Assembly: GCA_964291655.2 (NCBI GenBank)
Contig: OZ219802.1
Coordinates: forward strand, 1,024,001-1,088,000
Direction of reading: 5' to 3'
From: Chloroflexota bacterium
GTDB taxonomy: Bacteria > Chloroflexota > UBA11872 > VXOZ01
Length of the DNA stretch: 64,000 nt
The notes beneath the pieces are model-generated. The model was not told the DNA's origin. It saw only the letters and a program-made list of their open reading frames with translations, and did no database searches. The position numbers were made by a program, and so were the translations under genes. Below, in pieces: positions 9,955 through 19,955 of this stretch (position 1 is the first letter of the stretch; the number at the start of each line of letters is the position of its first letter).

Positions 9955-10081
9955 CTCTCCCTCCCCAGGAGCAAGACTTGCCCTTCTCACTCCGCTAGCA
10001 CAAGAGCTTCCCTCTCGCACTCCCTAGGCGCGAGACTTGCTCCCTCTCCCTTAGGCGTATAACTTGCTCCCTCTCCCTTAG
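9955..10081. repeat. Degenerate tandem array (~27-30 bp units) of REP half-sites
   Basis: Units like ACTTGCTCCCTCTCCCTTAGGCGTATA; the pattern resumes at 11587-11622 after the nested insertion. Confidence 0.75.
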
Positions 10082-10134
10082 GAGACCTCTGCATAACCCC
10101 ACTTTCAATCAGGGGCACTCCCTCTCCTGGGGGA

Positions 10135-11399
10135 TGTATAGACCGGGTACATGGGTTACACATGTTCGGGCACATAGGTTACACCTTAAGGCATGGAGAT
10201 TCTTACAGATGGAGGAGCGCCATGCCTTGGAAGGAGAGTACGGTTGTGTCTGAACGCAAGGAGTTCATTGCACTGGCACTGATGGAAGGGGCCAACATCA
10301 GCGAGCTGTGTCGCCGTCTGGAGATCAGTCGCAAGACGGCGTACAAGACGCTGGAGCGGTATGCGAAAGCTGGCGAAGACGGTTTGCACGACCGGTCGCG
10401 GCGGCCGCACACGTGTCCGCACCGCACGCGCCCGGCGCTGGAGGAACGCATCATCGCCTTGCGCCTGGCGCATCCGAAGAAAGGCGCACACGTGCTGCGC
10501 CGGATGCTGCAGGACCAGGGGGTCACCGACGTGCCGGCCAAGAGCACCATCCACGCTGTGCTCACACGCCATGGGCTCATTGATCCCACAGAGAGCGCCA
10601 AGCACACGCCCCATGTGCGCTTCGAACGACCCCAGCCCAACGAGCTGTGGCAGATGGACTTCAAGGGACATTTCGTCATGCAGCAGAACCGCTGTCATCC
10701 TCTCACCCTCCTAGACGATCACTCCCGCTTCAACCTCGGGTTACAGGCCTGTGCCAACGAGCGGGGAGAGACGGTCCAAGACCGCCTCACCGCTGTCTTT
10801 CGCCGCTACGGCTTGCCCCAGGCCATGCTCATGGACAACGGCTCTCCCTGGGGTAACGACAGTGCCCAGCCCTTCACGCCCCTCACCGTCTGGCTCATGC
10901 AGCTGGGCATCAACGTCCTGCACAGCCGACCCTACCATCCCCAGACACTCGGCAAGCTGGAACGCTTCCACCGCTCCCTCAAGAGCGAACTGCTGGCAGG
11001 GACCACCTTTACCGACCTGGACCATTGCCAGCGCGCCTTTGACACCTGGCGCCACTTCTACAACTTGGAACGCCCACACCATGCCCTCGATCTCGACACT
11101 CCCATTACCAGATACACGCCTAGTCCTCGCCCTTTCCCAGAGACCTTGCCTGCCCTCGCCTACGCTCCCGACGACCGCGTACGCAGCGTCGATGTCTCCG
11201 GCCGCATCTCCTTCCAAGGCAGACGGCTCCGTGTGGGCAGGGCCTTCACGCACAAGCAAGTCGCCCTGCGACCCACCCGAACGGACGGTGTCTGGGACGT
11301 GTACTTCTCGATCCAAAGAGTAAAAACCATAGACCTCAGAGCACAAAATGTGTAACCTATCTACCCGAACATCTGTTACCTATGTCCCCGGTCTGTACA
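10135..11399 (+). mobile_element. IS481-family insertion sequence, copy A (1265 bp)
   Basis: TGTATA...TGTACA ends, ~50-bp imperfect IRs with internal repeats, 5-bp TSD GGGGA (10130-10134, 11400-11404). Confidence 0.92.
10222..11355 (+). CDS. IS481-family DDE transposase
   Basis: MPWKE, ISRKTAYK HTH, WQMDFKG, LDDHSR, MDNG, GKLERFHRSLK, YNLERPH. Confidence 0.95.
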   Translation: MPWKESTVVSERKEFIALALMEGANISELCRRLEISRKTAYKTLERYAKAGEDGLHDRSRRPHTCPHRTRPALEERIIALRLAHPKKGAHVLRRMLQDQGVTDVPAKSTIHAVLTRHGLIDPTESAKHTPHVRFERPQPNELWQMDFKGHFVMQQNRCHPLTLLDDHSRFNLGLQACANERGETVQDRLTAVFRRYGLPQAMLMDNGSPWGNDSAQPFTPLTVWLMQLGINVLHSRPYHPQTLGKLERFHRSLKSELLAGTTFTDLDHCQRAFDTWRHFYNLERPHHALDLDTPITRYTPSPRPFPETLPALAYAPDDRVRSVDVSGRISFQGRRLRVGRAFTHKQVALRPTRTDGVWDVYFSIQRVKTIDLRAQNV

Positions 11400-11622
11400 G
11401 GGGAGAGGGTCGGGGTGAGGGGAATCTTTTTGCTACAATGGCCCTTTACGCTGAGTAGTGTCAAGACGTATCAGGCAGAATCGGTGTGCATGTGGAGAGA
11501 CTTCAGGAGATTCACCCTCACCCTAGCCCTCTCCCGTCGAGGGAGAGGGAACACTCTCGCTTCCGCTTAGGTTTCGCAAAGGTCTCCTTATGGCGTATAA
11601 CTTCCTCCCTCTCCTGGGGGAG

Positions 11623-12887
11623 TGTATAGACCGGGTTGATGGGTAACGCTTGTTCGGGTTGATAGGTTACACCTATAGGCATGGAGAATCTTGCAGCGGG
11701 AGGATGACCATGTCGTGGAAGGTGGAAACGCTTATGTCTGCCCGGGAAGAGTTTATTGCTCTGGCCAATAGTGGCGCGGTGAGAATGAGCGAATTGTGCG
11801 GTCGGTTCAACATCAGCCGCAAGACTGGCTACAAGTGGTTGCGGCGGTACGCGTCGGGGGGAGCGCAGAGCCTGCGTGACCGTTCGCACCGCACGCACAC
11901 GTGTCCGCACCGCACGCGCCCGGCGATGGAGGAACGCATCATCGCGCTGCGTCTGGCGCATCCTACGAAGGGCGCCCATGTGCTGCGCAGAATGCTGCAG
12001 AACCAGGGGCATACTGACGTGCCGGCCAAGAGCACCATCAATGCCATTCTCAAACGCCATGGGCTCATCGACCCGGCCCAGAGCGCCAAGCACACGCCCC
12101 ATGTGCGCTTCGAACGACCCCAGCCCAACGAGCTGTGGCAGATGGACTTCAAGGGACATTTCGTCATGCAGCAGAACCGCTGCCATCCGCTTACCCTCCT
12201 GGACGATCATTCCCGCTTCAACCTAGGTTTACAGGCCTGCGCCAACGAGCGGGGAGAGACGGTTCAAGACCGCCTCACCACTGTCTTTCGGCGCTACGGC
12301 CTGCCCCAGGCCATGCTCATGGATAACGGCTCCCCCTGGGGCAACGACAGTGCCCAGCCTTTTACGCCCCTCACCGTCTGGCTCATGCAGCTGGGCATCA
12401 GCGTGCTCCACAGTAGACCCTATCATCCCCAGACACTCGGCAAGCTGGAACGCTTCCACCGCTCGCTCAAGAGCGAACTGCTGGCAGGAACCAGCTTCAC
12501 CGACCTGGAGCACTGCCAGGGCGCCTTCGACACCTGGCGCGACTTCTACAACTTGGAACGCCCCCATCATGCCCTCGATCTCGACACACCCATCACCAGA
12601 TACACGCCTAGTCCGCGCCCCTTCCCTGAGACGTTGCCTGCCCTCGACTACGCTCCTGACGACCACGTGCGCAGCGTCGATGTCTCCGGTCGCATCTCCT
12701 TCCAGGGCAGACGGCTCCGTGTGGGCAGGGCCTTCACCCACAAACAGGTCGCACTCAGGCCTGCCCAAACCGACGGCATCTGGAACGTGCACTTCTCAAT
12801 ACAACGCATCAAAACCATAGACCTCAGAGAACAAAATGTGTAACCTATCAACCCGAACACCTGTTACCTATCAGCCCAGTCTGTACA
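11623..12887 (+). mobile_element. IS481-family insertion sequence, copy B (1265 bp)
   Basis: TGTATA...TGTACA ends, ~50-bp IRs, 6-bp TSD GGGGAG (11617-11622, 12888-12893). Confidence 0.92.
11710..12843 (+). CDS. IS481-family DDE transposase
   Basis: MSWK, ISRKTGYKW HTH; same DDE core as copy A. Confidence 0.95.
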   Translation: MSWKVETLMSAREEFIALANSGAVRMSELCGRFNISRKTGYKWLRRYASGGAQSLRDRSHRTHTCPHRTRPAMEERIIALRLAHPTKGAHVLRRMLQNQGHTDVPAKSTINAILKRHGLIDPAQSAKHTPHVRFERPQPNELWQMDFKGHFVMQQNRCHPLTLLDDHSRFNLGLQACANERGETVQDRLTTVFRRYGLPQAMLMDNGSPWGNDSAQPFTPLTVWLMQLGISVLHSRPYHPQTLGKLERFHRSLKSELLAGTSFTDLEHCQGAFDTWRDFYNLERPHHALDLDTPITRYTPSPRPFPETLPALDYAPDDHVRSVDVSGRISFQGRRLRVGRAFTHKQVALRPAQTDGIWNVHFSIQRIKTIDLREQNV

Positions 12888-13101
12888 GGGGAGAGGGCCG
12901 GGGTGGGGGGGATCGGGTGCCCATCTACCCCAATTCCATTTGCATGCCAGAGCTACACAAGTGCCTGCTTGTGCGTTCAGGCAACTACCATTGCTGCAGA
13001 CCTGTCCGCCTTCTTTCAAGATCAGGATACACAACCTGCGCGGCTACGGTATACACCTGTGGCAGTGATCCTGCCGCATGGCACATCGAGCCGCGTCACG
13101 C

Positions 13102-14283
13102 TCATTCGAAGGGAAACTTTCGCTTGGCTGCCTCCAGATCAATGTCCACACCCAAGCCGGGCCCATCTGGAATCGTCACGCAGCCCTCACTGTCTATCGA
13201 AGGCGGCGGTGCGATCAGTTCGGTAAAGAGCGGATTGCCGCCCTGGCGAAACTCGATGATCGGACAATTGGGCAGTGCCGCCGCCAGTTGCATGCTGGCA
13301 TAGAAGAGGAGCGCCGATCCCCAAATGTGCGGGGCCACCTGCAGATTTGCCGCATGTGCCAGGGTGCCAATGCGGCGTGCTGCTGTAAACCCGCCGACCA
13401 CCGCAAGATCGGGTTGCAGGATGTCTGCCGCCTCGCGCGCGATGATGTCGCGAAAATCGAAGTGGGTGAAGTCATTCTCACCGGTTGAAATGGGAATTGA
13501 CGTTGCCTGTCGCACCCGTCGCATTCCATTCCAGTTGTCGCTGCTCACCGGCTCCTCGAACCAGTCAATATCATATTCCTCAGCCGCCTGCGCCAAGCGA
13601 ATCGCCTGGCCCTCATTAAGGGAACCGTGGGCGTCCAGCATGATTCTGTTGTCGGGTCCGACAGCCTCCCGTACGGCGCGAATGCGCGCGATGCCGTCCT
13701 TAACGATGCGGGGCGCATCCATGGCGCCCACGCGCATCTTCACTGCCCGAAAGCCCTGTGCAATGTAGCCCAGCGCCTCATCTCCCGCGCCGTCCGCGTC
13801 AGCGTGACCGCCGCTCGCATACGTTGGCAAGCGCGAGCGGTACCCGCCGCCCAGCAGCTTATAGATCGGCACACCGAGCGACCGGGCAAAAATGTCCCAA
13901 AGCGCCATGTCAATGCCACCCATAGCGCAAATGGTCACACCCCGGCGGCCCATGCGCGGCGCACTCTGTCCGTAGGTGAGCGCAATGTCCAGGCGCGGGC
14001 CGTTGTACATCTTTTCCCAGACATACTCAGGCTGCGTGGGGTCTTGACCAATAATCTCCGGTCCGAGTTCCCGCTCGACAATGGCTTGCAATGAATAGCA
14101 CGCGCCTCGCGTGTAGCCATAGCCCGGATGAACCTCGCCATGGCCGACGAGCCCGTCGTCCGTCTCGATCCTTACAATGATGGCGTGTGTCTCGTCGTGA
14201 TGCCCATAGTCCGAGGGCCGCTCGCGGCCGCTGCCCTGCACCGGCCACCGCAGCGGCACTGCCTCTACCGTGCGGATCTTCAT
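13102..14283 (-). CDS. Mandelate racemase/muconate lactonizing enzyme family protein
   Basis: GIDMALWDI, KMRVG, MLDAHG, WFEEP, TGEN, LQPD, APH, GPGLG. Confidence 0.92.
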   Translation of the reverse strand: MKIRTVEAVPLRWPVQGSGRERPSDYGHHDETHAIIVRIETDDGLVGHGEVHPGYGYTRGACYSLQAIVERELGPEIIGQDPTQPEYVWEKMYNGPRLDIALTYGQSAPRMGRRGVTICAMGGIDMALWDIFARSLGVPIYKLLGGGYRSRLPTYASGGHADADGAGDEALGYIAQGFRAVKMRVGAMDAPRIVKDGIARIRAVREAVGPDNRIMLDAHGSLNEGQAIRLAQAAEEYDIDWFEEPVSSDNWNGMRRVRQATSIPISTGENDFTHFDFRDIIAREAADILQPDLAVVGGFTAARRIGTLAHAANLQVAPHIWGSALLFYASMQLAAALPNCPIIEFRQGGNPLFTELIAPPPSIDSEGCVTIPDGPGLGVDIDLEAAKRKFPFE

Positions 14284-14692
14284 GCGCTCTTCCTCATGGA
14301 AACACCCATTCTCGTTGACGACGCTCGCGCTTTCCCTCGCGCGGCTCACGCGGAGCGATGCGGTAGACAGCAGAGCCTACTGCATCTTGCGTCCAGCCAC
14401 GCACACATTGTAGCATTGCGTTTCAGACCGGTCTGCCCGCGGGCGCCGGGAACGAGCGCAGAGTTGTGGCGTGTGGTTGTCACTGCCAAACCGAAAACCC
14501 TTATAATGTGTAGTTAACTGGGACAGGGAAATCTCGAAAGCTCTGCACGGTGTTATTCACGGATAGGCTGAAAGTCGAAGACAACGTAGAGTTCTGTATC
14601 GCGGTATCCACGGCTGATCCCGCGCACAAGGAAGTGACCGGCACTGTTTAACTGGAAGTACAGCGTCCGTGCCGGTGGGAGGAAAGTGTTCA

Positions 14693-15535
14693 ATGGGAGA
14701 TATGCAAGCAACGGATCACTCCTTCGAGCCATTCGCTCGGCATGAATTCTATCGTGAAACCAACACACGACTGGTTGAATCCGCCCTAGGCTTTCTCGAG
14801 CGGCTTGATCCGACCGTGCAGCGGCGCATCGTGGACCTGGGCTGCGGCACCGGCGCCATTACGCGGCTGGTCCTCACCAAAGTGCAGGATCTCGGGCTGA
14901 AAGCACAGATTCTGGGGATAGACCCTTCTCCCTTGGCGTTGGAGAAGGCACGGCAGAGCGTTACCAGTACCATGGTCAAGTTTCTCAATGGCAGCGCCGA
15001 AAACGTATCCCAATTGGTCTCTTCTGCCGACGCGCTCTTCTTCTGCAATGCCATTCACCTGATCGAGGACAAACAGGCTGTCTTGCGGGAGGTCGGCAAG
15101 GCCCTCAATCCCGGCGGTGTCATTGCCTTCAATACGACGTTCTTCGACGGGGCCTACCTTCCCATTACAGAGAAGGCCAATCGTATATGGATCGTCCGTG
15201 CAGTGCAGAAGCTGCGGCGAGAGTACCCCAATGTCAAAGTCGTCAAGGATGCAAAGACAACCGCCATGCGCTGGCTCTCCCCGGATCAATACGAAGCGCT
15301 GCTCGGAGAGAACGGCTTTGCCGTTACCCACATGGAGTGCCGGCAAGTCGAAATGACTCAGGAAAGCCTGGAAGACATTAGCGATTACTCTCTCTTCATC
15401 GAAGGAGTCTTGCCCAGCGTGCCGTTGGACATAGGCGCCGAGGTGCTCAAGCACGGCATCCGGGAAGCGCTAAAGGAGTTGAAACTTACCACGGTGCCCC
15501 GCTACTGGCTGCAGGTTGTCGCCGAAAAGACGTGA
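14693..15535 (+). CDS. Class I SAM-dependent methyltransferase
   Basis: IVDLGCGTG, GIDPS, GSAE, NAIH, LNPGG; SD GGAGG at 14678-14682. Confidence 0.9.
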   Translation: MGDMQATDHSFEPFARHEFYRETNTRLVESALGFLERLDPTVQRRIVDLGCGTGAITRLVLTKVQDLGLKAQILGIDPSPLALEKARQSVTSTMVKFLNGSAENVSQLVSSADALFFCNAIHLIEDKQAVLREVGKALNPGGVIAFNTTFFDGAYLPITEKANRIWIVRAVQKLRREYPNVKVVKDAKTTAMRWLSPDQYEALLGENGFAVTHMECRQVEMTQESLEDISDYSLFIEGVLPSVPLDIGAEVLKHGIREALKELKLTTVPRYWLQVVAEKT

Positions 15536-15904
15536 CGCTTTTCGCTCCGCAACGGTCTGAGCTTGCCGTAGAGCGTAACCGGCGCATTCGCGAGTTGTCC
15601 CTTTTGGTGACGTTTGCGCAACCACAGCGAGCAGCAGGAGTCCTCTCTATTGCGGGCAATGAACTGTCCGCACAACCTGGAGGGGACTCCCTCTCCCTCG
15701 GAGACTCTTGCTCAGTCCAAGTCGGCAGCCAAAGTGACTCCCTCTCTCTGGGGAGAAAGCCGGGGTGAGGGGGAACTTTGCTTGAACCGTCCCCAAGACC
15801 GTTAGTCTAGTTCAAGTACGCTAGAACTAGCTGAGGCCTCGGGTCTCAACCGCCACTACAGAAACGTAATGTCCAGCCAAGCTCTCCCGCAACGCACTGA
15901 GAAT

Positions 15905-16663
15905 ATGGAACAACATCTCGCCGGCAAAACGGCGCTCGTAACGGGAGCCTCGCGTGGCATCGGGCGCACTATAGCGCTCCATCTCGCCGCAGCCGGCGCT
16001 AACGTAGCGATCAATTACCAGGTCAACGAAGAAGCCGCGTTCGAAACTGTAGCGCAGATCCAAAGCGATGGCGGCAACGCGATGGCAGTCAGCGGGGACG
16101 TGCGGGACGCCGCAGCGGTCACGTCTGTCGTAGACGAAACCCTGAGCCGGTTCGACAGCATCCACGTCTTGGTGAACAATGCCGGCATCACCAAAGATAC
16201 TCTCGTCCTCAAGATGAGCGAAGATGACTGGGACCTGGTAGTAGACACCAACCTGCGCGGCGCCTTTCTCTGCACCCGCGCGGCGTTGCGCCCCATGCTG
16301 GCGCAGCGCTGGGGCCGCATAGTCAACATCACGTCGGTCGGCTGGTTGGTCGGCAATCCCGGGCAAGCGAACTACACTGCCGCTAAGGCCGGAGTCGTCG
16401 CGTTAACCCGCTCCACAGCCGTGGAGATGGGCAGCAGGGGTATCACGGTCAATGCTATCGCGCCCGGTTACATCCCCACCGACCTGACCCACGACATACC
16501 GCCGCACCTCATGGATCGCCTTATGCAGAAGCTTCCCATCAAGCGCGCGGGAACTCCCGAGGAGATTGCTGCGCTCGTCGGATACTTGACGAGTGATTCT
16601 GCCTCGTACATCACCGGCCAAGTGATCCACATTGACGGTGGTCTGACGGCGGGGCTGCTCTAA
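15905..16663 (+). CDS. fabG: 3-oxoacyl-ACP reductase
   Basis: TGASRGIG, NNAGITKD, GNPGQANYTAAK, NAIAPGYI, YITGQVIHIDGG. Confidence 0.9.
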   Translation: MEQHLAGKTALVTGASRGIGRTIALHLAAAGANVAINYQVNEEAAFETVAQIQSDGGNAMAVSGDVRDAAAVTSVVDETLSRFDSIHVLVNNAGITKDTLVLKMSEDDWDLVVDTNLRGAFLCTRAALRPMLAQRWGRIVNITSVGWLVGNPGQANYTAAKAGVVALTRSTAVEMGSRGITVNAIAPGYIPTDLTHDIPPHLMDRLMQKLPIKRAGTPEEIAALVGYLTSDSASYITGQVIHIDGGLTAGLL

Positions 16664-17139
16664 CTGCTGACCGCAGAGTGGGTCATTCACCCTTAGTGCA
16701 GTTCTCATTCCTGTATTGTTCAATGCTGCGCAGTATTTCTCTGAATTGCAGTTCTTTGACTTGCCGCAAGATTGCGACTGTGTTAGACTAATTACGTTCA
16801 CATCTTTTGCTCCCTTCTTTCTTTTATTTTCCATCCTTTCTCTTTTTTCCTTGTTTTCTCTTCATTAATTCAGATTATCTTTCGGAATCGTGTGAATATA
16901 ACCCATTGACATTGGGTGTCTTCTCTCCTGAGTCGCAGTTCGCACGAGCTATTCCATGTCCAGATTATCTCTCTCGTTTACTGTCTCGTTGAACCAACGA
17001 GACACCTAGTTACTCCCCTCCGAAACAGTCCAGCGCCGCGTCTAAGTCAAGGGGCGACGTCGCGAATCCCAGCTTCTTTCCTGTCCGAGACTTCGACCTC
17101 CCTATGAGTCATTCCTATCAAACTGCAGGAGTTCAGCCT

Positions 17140-18075
17140 ATGCGATCGGTGGTTATACTTGCAGCATTCTTCCTCACCTTCTTAGCAACAACACCTACAG
17201 CCTTTGCCGGCGCCGGACCACCTACAGATACGAAAACTCTCGAGCGAAAACTCACGTTTACCTTGACGCTGAGCCAATCGTCCATGAAAGCGGATGCCGG
17301 CCTCGTCAACGTGACCGCGACCATTAATTTCGTCACTACGTTCGACACGGATGAAAATGTAACCATCACAATTGGCAAAGCGCATGACAACGCCAAGCCC
17401 GGCCGCGATTTTACCGTTAACGCGGACAAGCTTACCGTCACAATTCCCGCCGGACAGACCAGCGGAACAGTGGAATTTCAACTCACACCCGTCGCCACGG
17501 GCTCTCAGAGTACGAGACGGATTACCGTATCTGCATCCGGCGACCGCTTGCTCTACCTGGAAGGGTATGTCTTCATCGAGCCTGTCCCGCCTCCGGCCAC
17601 GCCCACGGTTGCTCCGACACCGCAACCAGCATCGACAGAAGTTTTGCCCCAAAGTACCCCCACGGTAGTCTCCACACCAAGACCGCCGCCGAGGGCAACT
17701 CTGCCACAAAGGACGCCCAAGACTGTCGTCACGCCAAAACCGGTACCAACCGCCGCGCCGAGCGAGTCAAGACCGACATCGAGGTCAGATTCGACGATAG
17801 GCGGACGGAGTACTTCCGCGGCGGCGCCTGTACGTCAGGCAAGGTCTATCGGCTGCACAGATGAAGAGAGGAAAGATGCAACAGGCGTCCGGTCGGTGAA
17901 TCCCACAGGACCATACTGCGTACTCTTCTTTAACCACGACACACGCTGCTACATCATGGTGTATTGGCAAGCGCAGGAAAACGGCGTGTACGGGCACACT
18001 GTCCTCTACGAGGGCACCCGCGACGTGGACTTTGCCGACTTCCACCCTCAATGCACGGGACACATGTATCCGTGA
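17140..18075 (+). CDS. Secreted protein: Calx-beta-like domain, Pro/Thr linker, small Cys-containing C-terminal domain
   Basis: Signal peptide ending TAFA; VTIPAGQTSGT motif; PT-rich linker; four Cys in the C-terminal ~75 aa. Confidence 0.7.
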   Translation: MRSVVILAAFFLTFLATTPTAFAGAGPPTDTKTLERKLTFTLTLSQSSMKADAGLVNVTATINFVTTFDTDENVTITIGKAHDNAKPGRDFTVNADKLTVTIPAGQTSGTVEFQLTPVATGSQSTRRITVSASGDRLLYLEGYVFIEPVPPPATPTVAPTPQPASTEVLPQSTPTVVSTPRPPPRATLPQRTPKTVVTPKPVPTAAPSESRPTSRSDSTIGGRSTSAAAPVRQARSIGCTDEERKDATGVRSVNPTGPYCVLFFNHDTRCYIMVYWQAQENGVYGHTVLYEGTRDVDFADFHPQCTGHMYP

Positions 18076-18184
18076 CCGCTTCTCCGCTCGCATGAGTACA
18101 AGACGCATGGGAGGCACTCTGGCACGCGCAAAGTCACCGGCTGTGCCTCCTATCCCAACCCTACGCCAAGGCCGCCCGGCCCTC

Positions 18185-18400
18185 TCCAACGACCCGACCA
18201 ATGACATCCCGCCTCGCCCCCGTGGGCGTCCTCAATTTGTAGTTCCCCATCAAGTGCCTGGAAATCTGAGAGGTGATCGACACCCTCGTCACGCATTTCA
18301 CGACCGGAGCAGCCTCTTGCCTCACCGGTCAGGTAATCCACTTCGACGGCGGCCTAGCAGCAGGATTGCCCTAACTCTGTTAAATCTGCAGAGTAGGTCG
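18185..18400 (+). pseudogene. Degenerate duplicate of the fabG 3' end and ~25 nt of downstream DNA
   Basis: CTCACCGGTCAGGTAATCCACTTCGACGGCGGCCTAGCAGCAGGATTGCCCTAACT aligns with fabG ATCACCGGCCAAGTGATCCACATTGACGGTGGTCTGACGGCGGGGCTGCTCTAACT; GCAGAGTRGGTC follows both. Confidence 0.8.
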
Positions 18401-19955
18401 AACGCACGTAGAACGAAGCCACTTAGACACCTCTGTTTTCCGAGAGCGTGATCAGTTCAATCAAGGGACAGTCAAGGCTTCCCGTAGAAACGTGTGAGGA
18501 TTGATGTCTCCCCGCTGCCGCGCTTCGCTATCATTGGTACTCCCATTAGCCGATGAGCATTCCAGCTATTCGAGAGCCCGTGAGCGCATCTGGATGCTTT
18601 GGGCTCAGGCAGTCCCGAAATTAGGGACATTCTCCCAACTCTTGCCTCGCCCGGCTCCTCTCGCCTGCCATTCTGAGGATCGCTACGACAAGCTCAGTGC
18701 AAGTATTGCGACAGAGATTCTCGTGTCGCGGGATTCTAGATCCCACGCCATTGACGAAGCCGGCGGACTCTAAACGACACTACGTTCGGCATGAACGGTA
18801 GTTCCGCTCAACGAAGGCTTCAAGTCCACATCTACTGCCACCGTGTGAAAGGAGTTTTGTCCCGCCTATCGTACGTATGCTAAACTATAACTTGGAAAGA
18901 TTGTCCTCCGTTGTGTGACCCTTTTTCTCGTTTCGCTTCCTTGTTTTTGCTTTCCTGAGTACTCCCGCTCTACACATTTTTCTTCGAATAGCCTTCTTTT
19001 TTAAAGCTTCCCTTCGTCGAGCCACCCTTGGGCAAATTTCTAAATTTACACTAAAGCAAACTATCCCAGGCAGTGTCCTAACTCAATTCTCTTCTGACTT
19101 CACTTCCTACTATGAGTCTGCCGAAGGCGTCAGCCGTAGTAGCTGCACCACTATAGAATCACTGGCGGCAGCATGCGGTTTCCCACATCCAAGCCTTCCA
19201 TCAGCATGTTCGTGGCGAGCAATCTAGCTCAACGACTCTGCTATTGCAATTTCAAGCGCAGCTATATCCGGCACCTGCAACGTCATTGGCGCTCTGTTTC
19301 CTTCAACTTAGTCAGCAAGCGACGACTCCTCAGCCCTGCCATCTGGGTAGGTAGACGAGTCGTGTGCGTGCATATCGCCATACATCCGGGCGTGCACCTG
19401 CCCCAATCTAGTCAACCCTATGGGCAACGCGCTGCGCCCCGTACCTGGAACCCATTGCAGTGTTATTTGGCAAGGATTGCACACCCACGCATACGTGCCT
19501 TGGGCCGGTTCTTTGGTTTGGCGCTCAACAGTACTGTCAATGCGAGTAGAACATGCGTGGCTGCACCGTCTCTCCAATCAACATGTGCTGATGTAGTCAC
19601 TTTCAAATACGCCGCTAGAGCGCCGCACCACAATCTCTGCATTGACATCGGCTCGGTGGCCGAACGCAATCCTGATAGAACGGGTCACGAACACCACCTA
19701 ACAGACAACCTCGCTCAGGTGTATTACAGCATGTCCGCAGCGTTGTTTCGTGTATTGACACGTAATGAAAAGTCTTCTCCGGCAGCCGTCAATTACCAGA
19801 AATATTTCTCAAACTGATGGCGCCCAATTTCGCTACCCTGGAGATTCCGGGCTCTCGCCAATCACCAATTACCCACCATCCTGTAGACCTTCCCTCAATT
19901 CACAACCGAAACCCCATACAATTTCGCACATCTCTCGCTGAGGCGAAGACGAGTA

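Larger units (their letters stand above)
10082..11586. mobile_element. GAGACC-ended MITE with an IS481 nested inside
   Basis: GAGACCTCTGCATAACC (10082) and GGTTTCGCAAAGGTCTC (ends 11586); flanks CTTAG/CTTAT; internal inverted REP pair. Confidence 0.65.

Noticed and set aside
9955-10081. CRISPR-like short repeats
   Set aside because: Contiguous degenerate units without unique spacers.
10135-12887. Composite transposon formed by the two IS481 copies
   Set aside because: Each copy has its own TSD and the 223 bp between them has no gene, so independent insertions fit better.
19173-19817. 214-aa ORF in the long intergenic region
   Set aside because: No clear SD, atypical composition and no recognisable motif; it cannot be supported, though an ORFan is not excluded.
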